From NCBI GenBank assembly GCA_964016885.1, contig OZ024744.1, forward strand, positions 41,292,001 through 41,356,000: a stretch of DNA of 64,000 bases, in the 5' to 3' direction. The stretch comes from Eledone cirrhosa (lineage: Eukaryota). Position numbers and translations under genes: made by a program. The notes beneath the pieces are model-generated. The model ran no database searches and had not been told where the DNA came from. It saw nothing but the letters and a program-made list of their open reading frames with translations. This document shows, piece by piece, positions 41,030-54,700 of the stretch. The first letter of the stretch is position 1. Each line of letters opens with the position of its first letter.

Positions 41030-41130
41030 TTAGCCTCAAGTGCAAGAGCAAATATCCCAGCTGCTTCAGGTGCTGCAGCAGAGGTCCCTGAGTGAGTTGT
41101 AGTGCATTTGTCATACAGATCTGTAGTGGT
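41030..41130 (-). CDS. PCSK2: Prohormone convertase 2 exon containing the catalytic Ser
   Basis: [33 protein letters not shown](N), the subtilase HSGTSAAAP motif. CAG acceptor, GTGAGT donor; 101 nt. Confidence 0.97.
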
Positions 41131-41997
41131 CTGGAAATAAATAATGTATAAACGCTGTTGTATCATCTTCAAATGATAAAAATAAATCAACCATTGTAAA
41201 TTATTTTTAAGCTACATTTGACATTTAAGCATTTAAACTGGCCATATCCAGCCAGAATTCTCTCACTTCTCTTTCTGTTCAAATTGGCCATAACCGGCTG
41301 TTCATACCACTGTAATAAGTAATATCAAATTCGCATAGATTTGATATTACGTAAGATAATTATGTGAGATAAAGCCGTTACCATGAAAATAAAATAGTAT
41401 TTATAGAATAATGTAAATGCTACAGGCTTAAACCCACATTAAAAGAAAAGAAAATATTTCAATATGTACCTTAAAGTTCAGACATGGGAAATTTGTTTTC
41501 TACCTGACTAAACTAACAAGTGGGAAATACTTTCTGCACCCATTTCTTATTTACTTGACCTATCCTTGCTTTACCTGTTATTTTGCCTCATCCACACATA
41601 ATTTCCCCCATAACCACCACAACCATCAACAACAACAACTTAATCTTAGTCCAAGCTATATATAATCTCACTATTACTGTTTTGATAAGCCAATAATGTT
41701 GTCAAGAAATAGAAATGTAGACAAAAGTAAGAAAAGGATGCATACACACACATACACACACATACACACACATACACAAACTCACACACACATACACAAA
41801 CACACATACACACACACATATAAATAAATGAGTATTTACATAGAATTACAATTTAGCTTCTGGCATAGTTGTATACAGATATTTATTGAAATTTTGTATT
41901 TCAGAAGAAATGCGGTATGTTTAAATAAATATTTGGAGAGCCGTAGCTATGCCAAAACACCAACTAACGCCACCTGGCAGTGTGTGTGTATATATAT

Positions 41998-42822
41998 CGT
42001 CATCATCATCATCATCATCATCACCGTTTTACGTCCGTTCTTCTATGCTAGCATGGGTTAGACGGGTTGTCCTGTTGTGGGCAGTGTCTGGTTGGCTGAC
42101 CATGCCTTGCTCATACAGGAACTAATTTTGCCTTGATTTCTACAGCTGGATGCCCTTCCTAACACCAACCTCATTTACAGTGAGTGCTGGGTGCTTTTTT
42201 CCGTGGCACCTACACGTCCACTTTACAGTGTGGGCTGGGTGCTTTTTTGCCGTGGCACCTCCATGACCACTTTGCAGTGGGAGAGTGTGGGGGCATATTG
42301 TCTATATGCTTCAGCTTGTACCCATGGGAGGTCAGGTACTCTGTATTACTGCGTGATGCCAAAGATCACGGTCGTGTTTCATCGCCTTTGAGAGGTGTAA
42401 TTGGGTATGGTCGGCTTTTATCACCTCATCCGCGGTTTCCATTGACTTCTAGTGCTCTGCACCTTTTTATGCAGCTGTCATCCTTCATACGCATCACATG
42501 TACATACCAACGCAACCGCCTTCCTGCACACAGCATTTGATTCCTCTTATGCTCAGTCTCTCTCTCAATTCATTTATGCTTTGCCGTTCGCGTATATTAC
42601 TATTAAACATCCATCGGAGCATGCATTCTTCGTTTCTTTCTAATCTACGTAAGTCTTCCACCTTCAGTGCCCAGGTCTCACTACCAGGTCTCACTACATT
42701 GCTTTTTGTATACACGCATCATACAGTCTGCCTTTCATTTTGAGGGAAAAGCCTTTTGCAGCTAGCAATGGCAGTAGTTCCCTGAACTTCTTACATCCTG
42801 CTCTTACCCTAGTTATTGTACT
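41998..42822 (-). mobile_element. RTE LINE 3' fragment
   Basis: GSETWALKVEDLRRLERN..; same 3' UTR as 35780-36080, in the opposite orientation. Confidence 0.88.
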
Positions 42823-42823
42823 A

Positions 42824-42899
<76 letters not shown>

Positions 42900-42903
<4 letters not shown>

Positions 42904-43016
42904 TTTCTTTATTAACCACAAGGGTTTACATAAAGTAGACATTAAGGACAGTACAGGACAATACAGGGCAGTACAAATGGGCATTTCTGCGTGTAAAAAA
43001 GAAACAGAGGATGTAA
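42900..43016 (-). mobile_element. 3' terminus of an (ATT)n-tailed non-LTR element
   Basis: Ends ccttgtggttaataaagaaatc(att)n. Second copy at 63890-64000(+) and a short copy at ~24345-24400(+). Confidence 0.6.
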
Positions 43017-43192
43017 TATAATAATAATAATTGTTTCTACTTTTGGCACAAGGCCAGCAATTATCCCAGTGTATTACTGGTACTTTATTTTATTGACCCC
43101 GTAAGGATGAAAGGCAAATAATAATAATAATAATAATAATAACAATAATAATAATAAATAAAAGATAGTTACTTTAGATCATCTCTATTTAA

Positions 43193-43262
43193 TTTATATA
43201 TATTTCGAAGATGCAAGGCTTACTTAAAACATAATCCAAAACATGTTCTCATCAGCTGAAAT
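43193..43262 (-). ncRNA. Degenerate hammerhead motif
   Basis: CUGAUGA-gaacaug...caucuuc-GAAA-UAUAUA-UA. Core and stem-II base are intact but stem I pairs poorly. Confidence 0.5.
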
Positions 43263-44777
43263 GCATAGGAGATGCAGTTTTCTTTTGATATACTAGCGGT
43301 CAGCCGAGCTGGACAGATTGGTGACAACAAAGCATATATATATATGTGTGTGTATATATAAAAATTATTGTCAGAGACTACACAACTAAATTCTTGAAAA
43401 AATATTTATTCGTGTTTTTTTTCAAGAATTTGGTTGTGTATTCTTTGACAATAATTTTTATATTTATACTCTGCCTGTACACATCTTGTATAACATATAA
43501 TTCTCTCACTTTCACTGTTCCCTTGTCTTGCACTTAATACATATCGAGAACACTGTCCTCTTCACTACTGGCCTATAATTCTCACAACTAATCTCTTATG
43601 TCTCCTTCTTGAATGGTTTGTACACTTACTTTTGAGATATATATATATATATATTATGGCATTGTTCTAGCATTTTGAAACTTATCCGTCTTTTATTACA
43701 TATCTTATAATGGTTACCTCTAGTTAATATGAAGTATTGTGAGATATGTAATAAAAGAGTGATAAGTTTTAAAAAGCCGGTACAATGACATAGAAATATA
43801 TAAAGAGTAAAAGATGACAAACAAAACAAAGTAATGTTTTACCCAGTATATTTCAATATGATATTTCAGTTCTATTACACACTTCTCAAATGTGAAGCAG
43901 AAATGTTAAATACAAAAACAATTTAAGAATCAAAGAGACCATTATCATGAACCATAAAAAAAAAACACAGATAAATAATAGATTGGAAATGCACAAAGCA
44001 GATTGGTTACTGTAATGACTTCACACATGTATTTTAGACATATAAGCTAGTTAAAGAGGAACACATCAATTGTTCGTTTTTGTTTTTGTTTTGAAACATG
44101 TCTCTTTCACATTTGAAAAGAGGGTGTAGCCCTGAAATATCATATTGAAATATATAAAGTAAAACACTACTTTTTTGTTTTATTTGTCAACCTTTGCTCT
44201 TTATATATTTCTATCACATTATACCAGCTTTTTGAAACTTATCAATCTTTTATTACACACACACACACACACAATTTATATATATATACATACATATATA
44301 GGTATGTATATATATGATGGCCCCTAACTCATATCCAAGGAAGACCATTGCTAACTATTAAAAGATTTATACTTTCGACTCATTTAGCAAACTTTACTGA
44401 CAAAGCTGCATTGGTGAGCGCCAGCATACAGAAGCATTGTGACTTTTATTTAAACAATGAAATGATAATTTGCAAACATTTCAACCTGTACTGCATGTTA
44501 CTTAAGAATTCTTTTGCAGTAAACATTATATGCAATATATAAAGTGAGAGGGCAAATGTGTGTAAAAAAAATTCATTCTGTTGTCATAAACATAATGCAT
44601 CTATAAACAAATCTACATCAATTGAAATGCTAGCAAATGAAATTAAAAAAAAATTATTTTCTACTCCACTTTCCAGAACCATGCTGCTCAAGGAAAAGTA
44701 GAAATAAAATATGCCCCTGCAACAATTACTGATATGGGGTGGGGGATAGGAATAAAACAATATCATGATTTACTTAC

Positions 44778-44993
44778 AACGCCAGCGTCAAGTGTCATTC
44801 CTTTGCCATTGCTGAAAGTGGATGCCAGAGTGGAAGAACAAGATTCATCATATGCGGCAGTCTGACCATCATTGGTGGCAGAGTTGATGGAAATGGTCCA
44901 CATACTGGCAGCATAGCCATCACAGTTACAATCATCATTAGGGCCACCATCACCTGAAGCCCATACATAGATGCTGCCCTTTCCATTACGACC
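44778..44993 (-). CDS. PCSK2: Prohormone convertase 2 exon containing the oxyanion-hole Asp
   Basis: [78 protein letters not shown] (Asp instead of Asn) is diagnostic of PC2 among convertases. AG/GTAAG boundaries, 216 nt, phase 0-0. The ORF track shows a wrong frame here. Confidence 0.97.
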
Positions 44994-45639
44994 CTAGAAA
45001 AATTGAAAATTCAAATCATCGCATATAATTCTACATTAATAGCTACCTAAATTTATGTGGATAAATTAAACCAATAGTTAAATTAGCATTAATATATTAA
45101 GTGCAAGGAGAAAGCCTTTTGTTATCATATTTCACCTCCTATAATTTTGAAATTATTTGGAAATAATAAAAAGGATTCTGTGGCTGATATAACTTTCTGT
45201 TGATAGGCTTGTATTTAGAGCATGACTTAACAAAGTTTCTTACATAGAATTATGATGAACGGGTTTTTAGATAAATATAAACACTTTGAAATATTAATTT
45301 AGTGTTAACATACTTTCAATGTAGTTATTTTTAATTATATTTTATACGGTTACTGTATTAAATTTGTTAACACTAATTTAGCTAATTCCATATGGACTGC
45401 ACATGACATAACAGGGTGGTTCCAAAACAAACTGGACAAAAGCATGTGAAAAGTGCTAGACTTTCAAGTTGCCAAACTACTCAAACATACAACCAACAAT
45501 CTTTACAGGCTAACACATTACATTCTACTTCGTCATTCAAATTTATAGAAACAGCAGTCAATTCTGCCTCAAATCACATCCTATTGTCTTAAAAAAGAAC
45601 ACATTGGATAATGTGATATATATATCATAATTTTTTAGC

Positions 45640-45805
45640 ATTATTGGTAGAGGGTCGGATGCCATGCTTTGACGTATAGAGTTACGGCCCTTGCCATTCT
45701 GAGTTCAAATGCCGCCGAGGTTAACTTTGCCTTTCATCCTTACAGGGTCGATAAAATAAAGTACCAGTAATGCTGGCCTTGTGCCAAAAGTAGAAACAAT
45801 TATTT
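45640..45805 (+). mobile_element. SINE, same family
   Basis: Matches 22185-22372. Further copies at ~33040-33225(-), 43030-43118(-), 48035-48215(-), 52570-53015(+, two), 62556-62750(-) and 63708-63880(+). Confidence 0.8.
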
Positions 45806-46912
45806 TGGTACCACACCCATGCTAGGGAATTGCTTTCAATCATATCAACTCCAGGTAAAGTGTAATTGTCATTCAAAATGTATCTTATGCATTTGAATCC
45901 ATTCAGTAGTTGAAGTTGCTTAAGGAATAAACTTGAACTTATGAGTGCTGTGCAAAGGAAAATAATAATTTTGAAGGGCAATTCCAATGAAACAAGGAGG
46001 AAAATCACTTAGAATATTTAGATATAACTTTTTTACATTCTGATCTTAAATCCCCTCAAAATGATCCTCTCAAAATAGTTGCCTGGCTTTTAGAGCCTTC
46101 ATAGATCTTAAGAAATGATGAATAGATACCAAGAAAATTACTTTCCAAAGATGCAAGCCTGAACAAGGATTTTTATGGAAGAATAGCAGTTGCCCATGCA
46201 TGCAATTCTCCCCTTTACATGCCACAGATTTTGTCCAAGGAAAAGATAAATGTTAATACTGTTTGGCACCAGTGATGTCATATATGAACTCAGGACACAA
46301 AGGGCTGGAAAAGAAACCACAAGGCATCTCATCTAATGCTTTAACAATTCAATCAACCTCCTGCCCTGGACTGTTATTTCATTTTATCAACCTCAAAAAG
46401 ATGAAAGGTGAAGTTAACCTCTGTGGGATTTTAACTCAGAGCACAAAGCCAGAACAAATATCACAATATATTCTGTTAGATGCTCGAATGAATCTGCCCA
46501 ATTTGCTGCTTTTGCACAAAACAGGTTTGACTCATTCATCTTTTCAATGAAGTTATTTTCTCTTTATTTAAAATTTAAAATATTGAAAAGCAAAAAGTTC
46601 CCATTAAATCATTGAGATAATTTGATTGTTTTAACCCTTTGGATACCGACCCACCCCAAACAATCTCTGGTTCTATGAAACAAAACCACCCAATTTTAAA
46701 GGATCTCTATATAGATTAAAATCTTTTAACATAATTTTATATTAAAAAAAAAATTTTCTTAAGTTATGTTACAAATGCTATCTTAGTATTGAAATAATTA
46801 CTAATTTTAATAAATCTTTCCTTATTCTTTACTAATTAATTCAAATACAGTGTATTCCATTATAAATGTGGCAACAATAGAGTTAACAATTAAATTCTTT
46901 TAAAAATGTTAC

Positions 46913-47088
46913 CTTGTTAACGCCTTCTACAATTGCTCTCATTGTAAGGTTTCTGGGACCATCTACAGTCATACCATCATCAGTGGGACCCCAGCTAGCA
47001 CTATAGATGTCAATTTCATTTGGCTTATACCCCATGGCATTTGCTTCAATCATGTCAGTCATGTAAGGTTGATCCAACATTCGCAAAC
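46913..47088 (-). CDS. PCSK2: Prohormone convertase 2, catalytic-domain exon (most 5' exon seen in window)
   Basis: Translates (G)LRMLDQPYMTDMIEANAMGYKPNEIDIYSASWGPTDDGMTVDGPRNLTMRAIVEGVNK, the PC2-type RMLDQP..DIYSASWGPTD.G.TVDGP motif. AG acceptor at 47089-47090, GTAA donor at 46912; 176 nt. Confidence 0.96.
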
Positions 47089-48514
47089 CTAATAAAGAGA
47101 GAAAAAATAGAAAATAGGAAAAGAAATTAAAATTCAGGAAAAAATTAGCAAAGGATAAACAAACACCAGCCTAATGATCATCTCCACAAGGGTTGCTTTG
47201 ATATAACCCAGATGAAAGACAAAATGTCTGAAATAAGGTACAATAAATTGAAATGTAACATATACATACATATATATATATATAACGAGGGAGTTGTGGT
47301 AAGGAATCAGATGGACCATAACGAACCAGAGTACTTAATACTTAGGGTAGTAGAGTGGGTAATAGGAAAATGTATGACCCCAATGCCAGAGCTCAAGCCG
47401 TTTCGACGGCTATTTCTGGATGGAAATAGCCGTCGGTGTCATACATTTTCATATATATAAACGAAGATGATGATGATGATGATGAAGATGATATAGAAAG
47501 AGAGAGAGAAAAGGTGAGGTTGGAAATAGCACTGAAAATATATTTAAGGGTCTGTTTTTCTTATTACATGGTGTGTGTGTGTGGGAGAGAGAAAGAGAAT
47601 CTAATGGGGGTGATTACATATTTAATTTTGGTTTAAATTTGTTAATAAATAGTTTTTCTTTATTTATTCTTTGTTGTTGAGTGAAAGAATCTGAGCACTT
47701 GTAAAGGGGAAAGATTTTAAAGTTGGGTAGTCATTCCTGCACAATCTGTAATGTGGCTACTTATATATATATATCATATATATATAGTATATAATTGCCA
47801 AACGGTTTCAGAATTAGCTCAATGTGGATATATATTATTGGTCGGAAACATAAGGATATTTTATGGAGAAAAAAGATATGGAAAGATAGAGCATATATAA
47901 GTAAAGCAATTTTAATGCCCTACACATGTTTCAAGAGCAATATAACATTATGTGTTATACAAGCAGTTACATATAGGATGTTATGAGTAACTTCCAAAAG
48001 CAAAAAAAAATAAATAAATAAAAGGAAAGAAAGATAATTGTTTGTAATTTTGGCCCAAGGCCAGCAATTATCCAAGTGCATTACTGGTACTTTATTTTAT
48101 CGTCCCCGTAAGCAAAGGCAAAGTTAACCTTGGCAGGATTTGAATTCAGATCACAAAGGGCCATAACTCTATGCTACAAAGCATAGCATCCGAGCCTCTA
48201 CGGATACTGCCAAGAAGCATTAAAAGTTAAATTTAATTTAGCAGAACATAACTTAAGTCAATCCTCACCTTGCAAATTACGAAGTTCTTAAAACTACATC
48301 TTGATATGATAGAAAAATTAATTTTTCCTTAATATCAAGATTAAATTTACCTTTTAAATGCTTCTGAAGAAAGAGTAATATTTTTCTTTCCTTTTTTTTA
48401 TTTTTATTTATTTTTCGCTTATAGACAACATCCTATCTATTATTATTTGCATAATGCATAATAATATATTAATTATTCTTGTTTTAGAACTATGATTCCA
48501 TCTTTCTATTTCCA

Positions 48515-48812
48515 TGGGTATAAGAGGGATAAGTGGTGGTGGGCAGGAGAGAAGGCTGAGATGGTATGGACATGTGATGTGCATGGAGGATGACCGCTGG
48601 GTAAAGAAGTGCCAAGAAATCCCAGTAGAAGTAAGACGCAGTAGAGGTAGACCACGTAAAACATGGGTGGATGTGATGAGAGCAGACCTCAGATTGCTGA
48701 AACTCACTTGCATGCTGAAGGACCGTTACAAGTGGAGAGATGCTGTGCTGAATAGGACCCGTCCAACCCTTGCAAGCAGGGAAAAGCAGACGTAAAAATG
48801 ATGATGATGATG
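48515..48812 (+). mobile_element. RTE LINE 3' end (related subfamily)
   Basis: QERRLRWYGHVMCM..RGRPRKTW.DV...DL, followed by a (GAT)n tail. Confidence 0.8.
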
Positions 48813-51800
48813 ATATATATGTATATATGTTATATATATATCATATATATATATGTATATATGTTATATATATATATATTATAAAGAACGCAAGCATCAA
48901 GTGCTCAACTAGTATACTGCCTAAGGACGCATTTATCTTGCAACCTTACAACTATATATATATATTAACCCATGCTAGCGTGGAAAATGGACGTTAAACG
49001 AAGATGATAATGATGATGATATATATCATATATAACACATTCCATTTTTGTCATTTTTTTCTACAGCTGGATTCCTTTCCTAATGCTATTTCCATTATGC
49101 GTGTGTGTCTTTTGCCAAATCCTGTGATCTGACGCCTACATTTATTCCTTCATCAGCTCATGGCAATCTACTGCACATGGTGCTTTGTGAGCTTATGGTG
49201 TCAGGTGAGTTGGGTGTGATTGGAAAAAAATATTTACTGTTTCTAAACTTTATTTCCATTCAAACAATATGTTATCATAGAAAAATAGATCTAGATGTGA
49301 TATTAAATAAAAAAAATTATTTATTTATTATTGGTGTCAATGTTCTTTCTAGTGATGATAATTGAAAATGGTTATGAATAATGTGTTTAGATTATTATTT
49401 TACTGAATTTACTTTATGTAACCATAGTAAATTCTGCAAAGGAAAAAAAAAAAAAAATAGCAACATTATAAAACCAACAACACACACCTACATACCAATG
49501 ACAATATAAAAACAACTGCAGCAACAACTACGATATTAAACACAAAAGCAAAACAATAACAAAAAAGCTTATGGCAACAACAATAATAACAAACAACACA
49601 GTAATATTTTCAATTCTATACATATCCCTTTCTATAATTAAAGAAAATACCCCCCCCCCCCCCCACACACACACACACACTATTTTAAATGTAATGTAAA
49701 AAAAAAAATATTATTTTGAATATATAAGGTGAGTAAAGTAGTGTAACAACAATAATAGATATTTTTTTTATATCTATTATATTCATCTGCGAAAAAGAAT
49801 TCATATTCCTCTTACAAAAAAAAAAAAGAAAATGATAATAATATTAATGATAATAATTTCTTTATCAGACACACAATAGAAATTCTATAATATTAAAAAT
49901 GTATTTCAGTGTAGCCTTTTTATAAAAAATGTTTTCGGTTATATTTATAATTTATTAAAGTGAAGGCTCATGATTTTAATGTTGTAGGTATGATCTCTGG
50001 ATTGGGTGGCATGTTATGTTCTGGAGCAAAACACTTCATTCATGCTGCTCCAGTCAACTCAGCTGAAAATGAGTACTAGCATTTAGTTTAACGCCAATAA
50101 AACTGAGGTAAGCTCTGGCCTGAGGAGCCTGGGCTGCACATATTACAAAGTTTACAGACAACAGGTGGACATATGCAATTGTCCAAGATATCCGAAAAAT
50201 TTAGAAGGGACTACTCAGAAGACCACCAAAGTGATAGGAAGACAACACAGTCAAAAGATTCAGGTTAAAATCAAGCAAGAAATGGAAGCACATGGCAGAC
50301 CTGCCAATCTCTAAAAACCCAAACAGGGAGTACCATGAAAAAAGGTGCCCCAAAATAGGGAGAAATGAGGCAAAATGGGGAGATTTTACATAATGAAAGC
50401 TAATCCCATTTTTACAAGAGAAGACATCTCTCACCCGCCCCAAAATGGGTGGAAGATCTCCCCTTTGACAGATCTGCATTGTGACCAGTTATCTACAAGG
50501 ACATCTGATAACCATATCAATCTAAAGATCAAAATATATTAGATAAGGAATTTAAAAAAACAAACAAGCATTAAAGAAACAGGGAAATCCTTATTGATAA
50601 ATGTAACAAGCAAAGAAGTAATTACAATGAATGGTGGTTATGAAGTTTGCAATTTCTAGCAGAAAGAGGTAAGATTTGCACTCAGAATGGAATAAGTCAG
50701 ATCAAATACTGAGGCATTTGATATTAATACTTTGACGACTCTATCAATTCAATCTTGAATTTATTTACATTGTTTAATAGGTTAATTCTAGATTAGTAAA
50801 CAAAAGCTAATATTTATAATACAAGCTCTTTAAGTGAATGTTGATATGATGATTGAATAAATCAAAGTTGTTTCAATCTAATAAATGCCATGACTTAATG
50901 TTATGGATGGATGGGCAGTATCTATGGCACTTTAGAGGTTCACTAAATCCGTGTGGAAACAGAGGAAAAAGGTATCCAGAAACTGGAGACCTAACCTGAA
51001 TGCTTGTAATAGAGTGGACTACACCAAATCTACTCAAAAGCCAAGCAGTGTTGTCAAACCTTGTGACATATTGTGTTTATGAATCCAGTAAGCCACAGTA
51101 GTATTTAAACTTAGAATGCAAAGGACTAGAACAAATACTGCAAGGCAACTCATCCAATGCTCTATCATCAATTCTGCAGCTCCAGCACCCAGTATTGGTA
51201 GATGTAGCTGAATAATTAATTAGATAATGAGTTTGCATAGAAAGATGAAAAGTATAAGATAATAGGGAGCACAAGAACATTGTCAGATCTTGCAAATAGC
51301 ATTATCTTATCGTAAACATAGGCAAAAACAAAACAAGTGGTTTAATGAAGTTTATTGTGGGCTTAAATGATGGTAGTTATAGATTAATTTAACTTTATTG
51401 ATCTTGTATAGAGAAATCTAACTCTATGAGAGCTGCTTCATTAATAGATACAAACTAGAGTGGGTGGATTACCAGAATGGCTAGAGCATTGGAAAAATTA
51501 CCTTGCAGTATTTGGTTATATTTACACTTTAATTTTAAGTCCCACTGAGTGAAACTCTGCCTTTATCCTTAACAAATTAATGAAAATATGTCAAATAATG
51601 GAATCTATGTAATTGACTGTATACCCCCAACTGAAATAATGATTTATAAAAAGAGAAAATGAGGTCTTTTGCCAATGTTAGAATTCATTTTTAATTAAGG
51701 TGAAAACCAAATAAATGTATCTTCTTTAATTTTGATGAGGATTATCCTAGTTGTTCAATCAACTGAACTACCTAGTCATTGAATTGGTATGTAAGTGGCT

Positions 51801-52149
51801 CACTAGTCCATAGACTTGTGTACCCTTAATCTAATTTCCAGGCAGCATTATCATGACTTGACTTGATCTTTGCTCTTTGAACTCTGCTACTGGTGATCGA
51901 ACTTTGTGGAGAGAGATATCACATGTTAATGCGTAGTCTGCTACTGGCTGAGTTTAGCATCACAAGAAGAATTATCATGACACACTGTGAAACAAAGTTA
52001 GACCTTTGAATTGCCACTACAATCCATTCATCCATTTGAATCTCTTCCACACAGCTTCTGTCCATCAAGTTTACTCACAAAGCTTTGATCAACTCAAAAG
52101 AAAAAAAGAACACTTGCCTAAAAAGCCATAAAGTGGGATTGAACCATAA

Positions 52150-52354
52150 CCCTTTACCATTTACATTACTCTATATTTACTATTGTATTTTCATGCTAAA
52201 GGCTTTACTTCACATAGTATCGAATCTGAGATTTTGTTGTTATTTATTTTGAGAACAATATCTTAATGTCACTATAGCAGCCAGTTACAGTTGGTTTGAA
52301 CAGGAAGAGGTGAGAGAATTCTGGCTAGATATGGCCGGTTTAAATGCTCAAGGG
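52150..52354. mobile_element. piggyBac-like MITE
   Basis: Ends (a)taa|ccctttaccattta ... taaatgctcaaggg|ttaa. Related inverted copies at ~17495-17688 and ~41220-41430. Confidence 0.6.
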
Positions 52355-54431
52355 TTAAACCATCTAAATGCAAGCTAGAAACCAAGAAATGACCCAAAAA
52401 TATATTTACACTGGATGGTGACACAACAAAAAGTGCCCAGTCCAACTGTTGTATGTAGGATATTTTATAAAGACTCTATCATACTATGTACATAGACACA
52501 GCCTGGTCTAATGTCCCAGCAATGCCCCCATGTTCATCATGGCAATAACAAAATCACTATTAATACTAGTGGAGTGGCAATATCAGTAGAGTGTCAGTCA
52601 ACATGCTTTGTGGCATAAAGTTTTATGTTCTGAGTTCAAATCCCACTGAAATTACCTTTGTCTTTCATCCTTACAGGGTCGATAGAATAAGGTATCAGTA
52701 ATGCACTTGGATCAATTTAATCAACTTTCTCCTTCCCCCAAAAATTGTTGGCCTTGTGCCTAAATCAGAAACCATTATTATTAATATTATATGAGTGGTA
52801 GATTGGTAGTATTGGTATAGCATTGGACAACATGCTTGGTGGCATATAGTTACACCCCTTTACATTCTGTGTTCAAAACCTGCTGAGGTTAGCTTTGCCT
52901 TTCATCCTTACCGGGTCGATAAATAAAGTACCAGTAACACACTAAGGTCGATATAATCGACTTTCCCCTTCTCCCAAATTGCTGGCCTTGTCCCTATAGT
53001 AGAAATCATTATTATTATCAATATTAGCTTTGTTTTCACTACAAGCTATTGTTGCACTACTAAACATAAATATGTGTGTCTTGGGTTTCTGAGCAGTGTT
53101 TTGATTTCCTTTTTTTTCATTGTTTCCATTACATTGAAAGTACTTTTTGTACTATGTGTGCAGTGTCTAGTAGTGTTATTGTGTGTATGTTGTATGTACT
53201 GGTAAATCCTCAGGGTAAGGGATTAAGTTTTTTCATAGTTTCCAAGGTACTCATCATCATCCCCATTACCACCACCACCACTACTACCATCATCATCATC
53301 ACCATTATCATTATTAGATGCTATCATCTTACTGGCCTTGTGCCTAAATTAGACACTATTATTATTCTTACAAATTGTTGAAGTAACTTGTTATTGCAAG
53401 ATAAAATTTTGTTGTTTGTTTACATTAATTTTGCTTAGATAGCTTCTCTAAAGTTTATTATTATCCAACATAGCTGTGGGAAGTGTCACATTAGCATAGA
53501 ACCGAAGAATAATTCTGCTGAGATTTGCCGGAATACATCATAAAATTATTTTATTGGTCATTAGTTTTCTTAATTCGTGCACAGATTAGACAGCTCCATG
53601 TTGACAAGTAGACTAATCACACACAGTTCTGCTGGAATTGTGAATTATACAAAGACATAACAATTACAGTAAACCTTTCTCTTATTTATTTATCTAGCTA
53701 ATTATGTTAATTACTCATTTTTTTAAATAGTTGGCTGCAGTTTCTTACTAGCTACCTTAACAATACAATTTTCTTGAAAATTCTAACTAACTATTCTTAC
53801 TGATGCTATTAAATCACTGATGAGAAATCAGCAAGCAGACCTAAATAGATTTACAAAAGACATATTGAAGTAAAATGGCAGGCCAGTATTCCCTGGACTG
53901 CCATTTTCCTCTTCTGAATTGGAAGAAAGGCATCATGCCTGAGAAAGGAGCCCTATGAGGCAGAATAGTTGATGCAGTGGGTATAGCTGATTGTTGCTCA
54001 CAACAATGTCATATCATCTGCTGAGCCCAGCTAAAATATACCATTCAGCTGTGGAGAGTTTGCCCCGTCACCATTTCTCTCCTCAAATTATTTTCCCCTA
54101 TTTTTTTCTTTTTGTTTCTGCAATGATGACATAATATTGTAGATGTATTAAGATGCAGAGCTGCATAAATTTGTGACCATTGCTTAATTATGTTTTACTG
54201 TTTAGTTAGAGAGATAATGCCAGTTCTCCTGACCCTTTACTTTTCAGCACCACCAAGAGGAAAGGGAAAGTCATTCTCAAACCAGAGATGTGGCTCAATG
54301 CTTGCAACAGAATGAACTCTGCTAAAGGTATCCCAAGATAAGGCAGACAATAGTGGTAACATGGGAAACTGATTAAGTTTATCACACAAGAACTCGATAT
54401 GTAAAAAGCTCAAACATATATCACAAGTGTT

Positions 54432-54700
54432 GAGGCATGTGGCTTAGTGGCTAAAGTGTTGGACTAATGATCATAATGCTGTAGGTTCGATTACTGGGTT
54501 GGGTTGTGTATTGTTCATGAGCAAAACAGTTCATTTCACATTGCTCCAGTATACTCAGCTGAAAATGTGTACCAGCAATAGCTGAGGATTTAACTCTATG
54601 ATTTACTGGCATCATGTCCAGGGAAGTGTCTTGTACTCTCAGTCACCTCATGCCACAGAAACTGGATAAGTACTGGCCTAATGAGCCTCTGAGCTTGAGA
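54432..54700 (+). mobile_element. Second tRNA-derived SINE family
   Basis: A box tggcttagtgg, B box ggttcgatt, core gagcaaaaca.ttcatttcacattgctccagt..actcagctgaaaatg.gtac. Related copy at ~49965-50080. Confidence 0.6.

Noticed and set aside
44795-44986. ORF-track protein [11 protein letters not shown]...
   Set aside because: Wrong frame of the PC2 exon 44778-44993.
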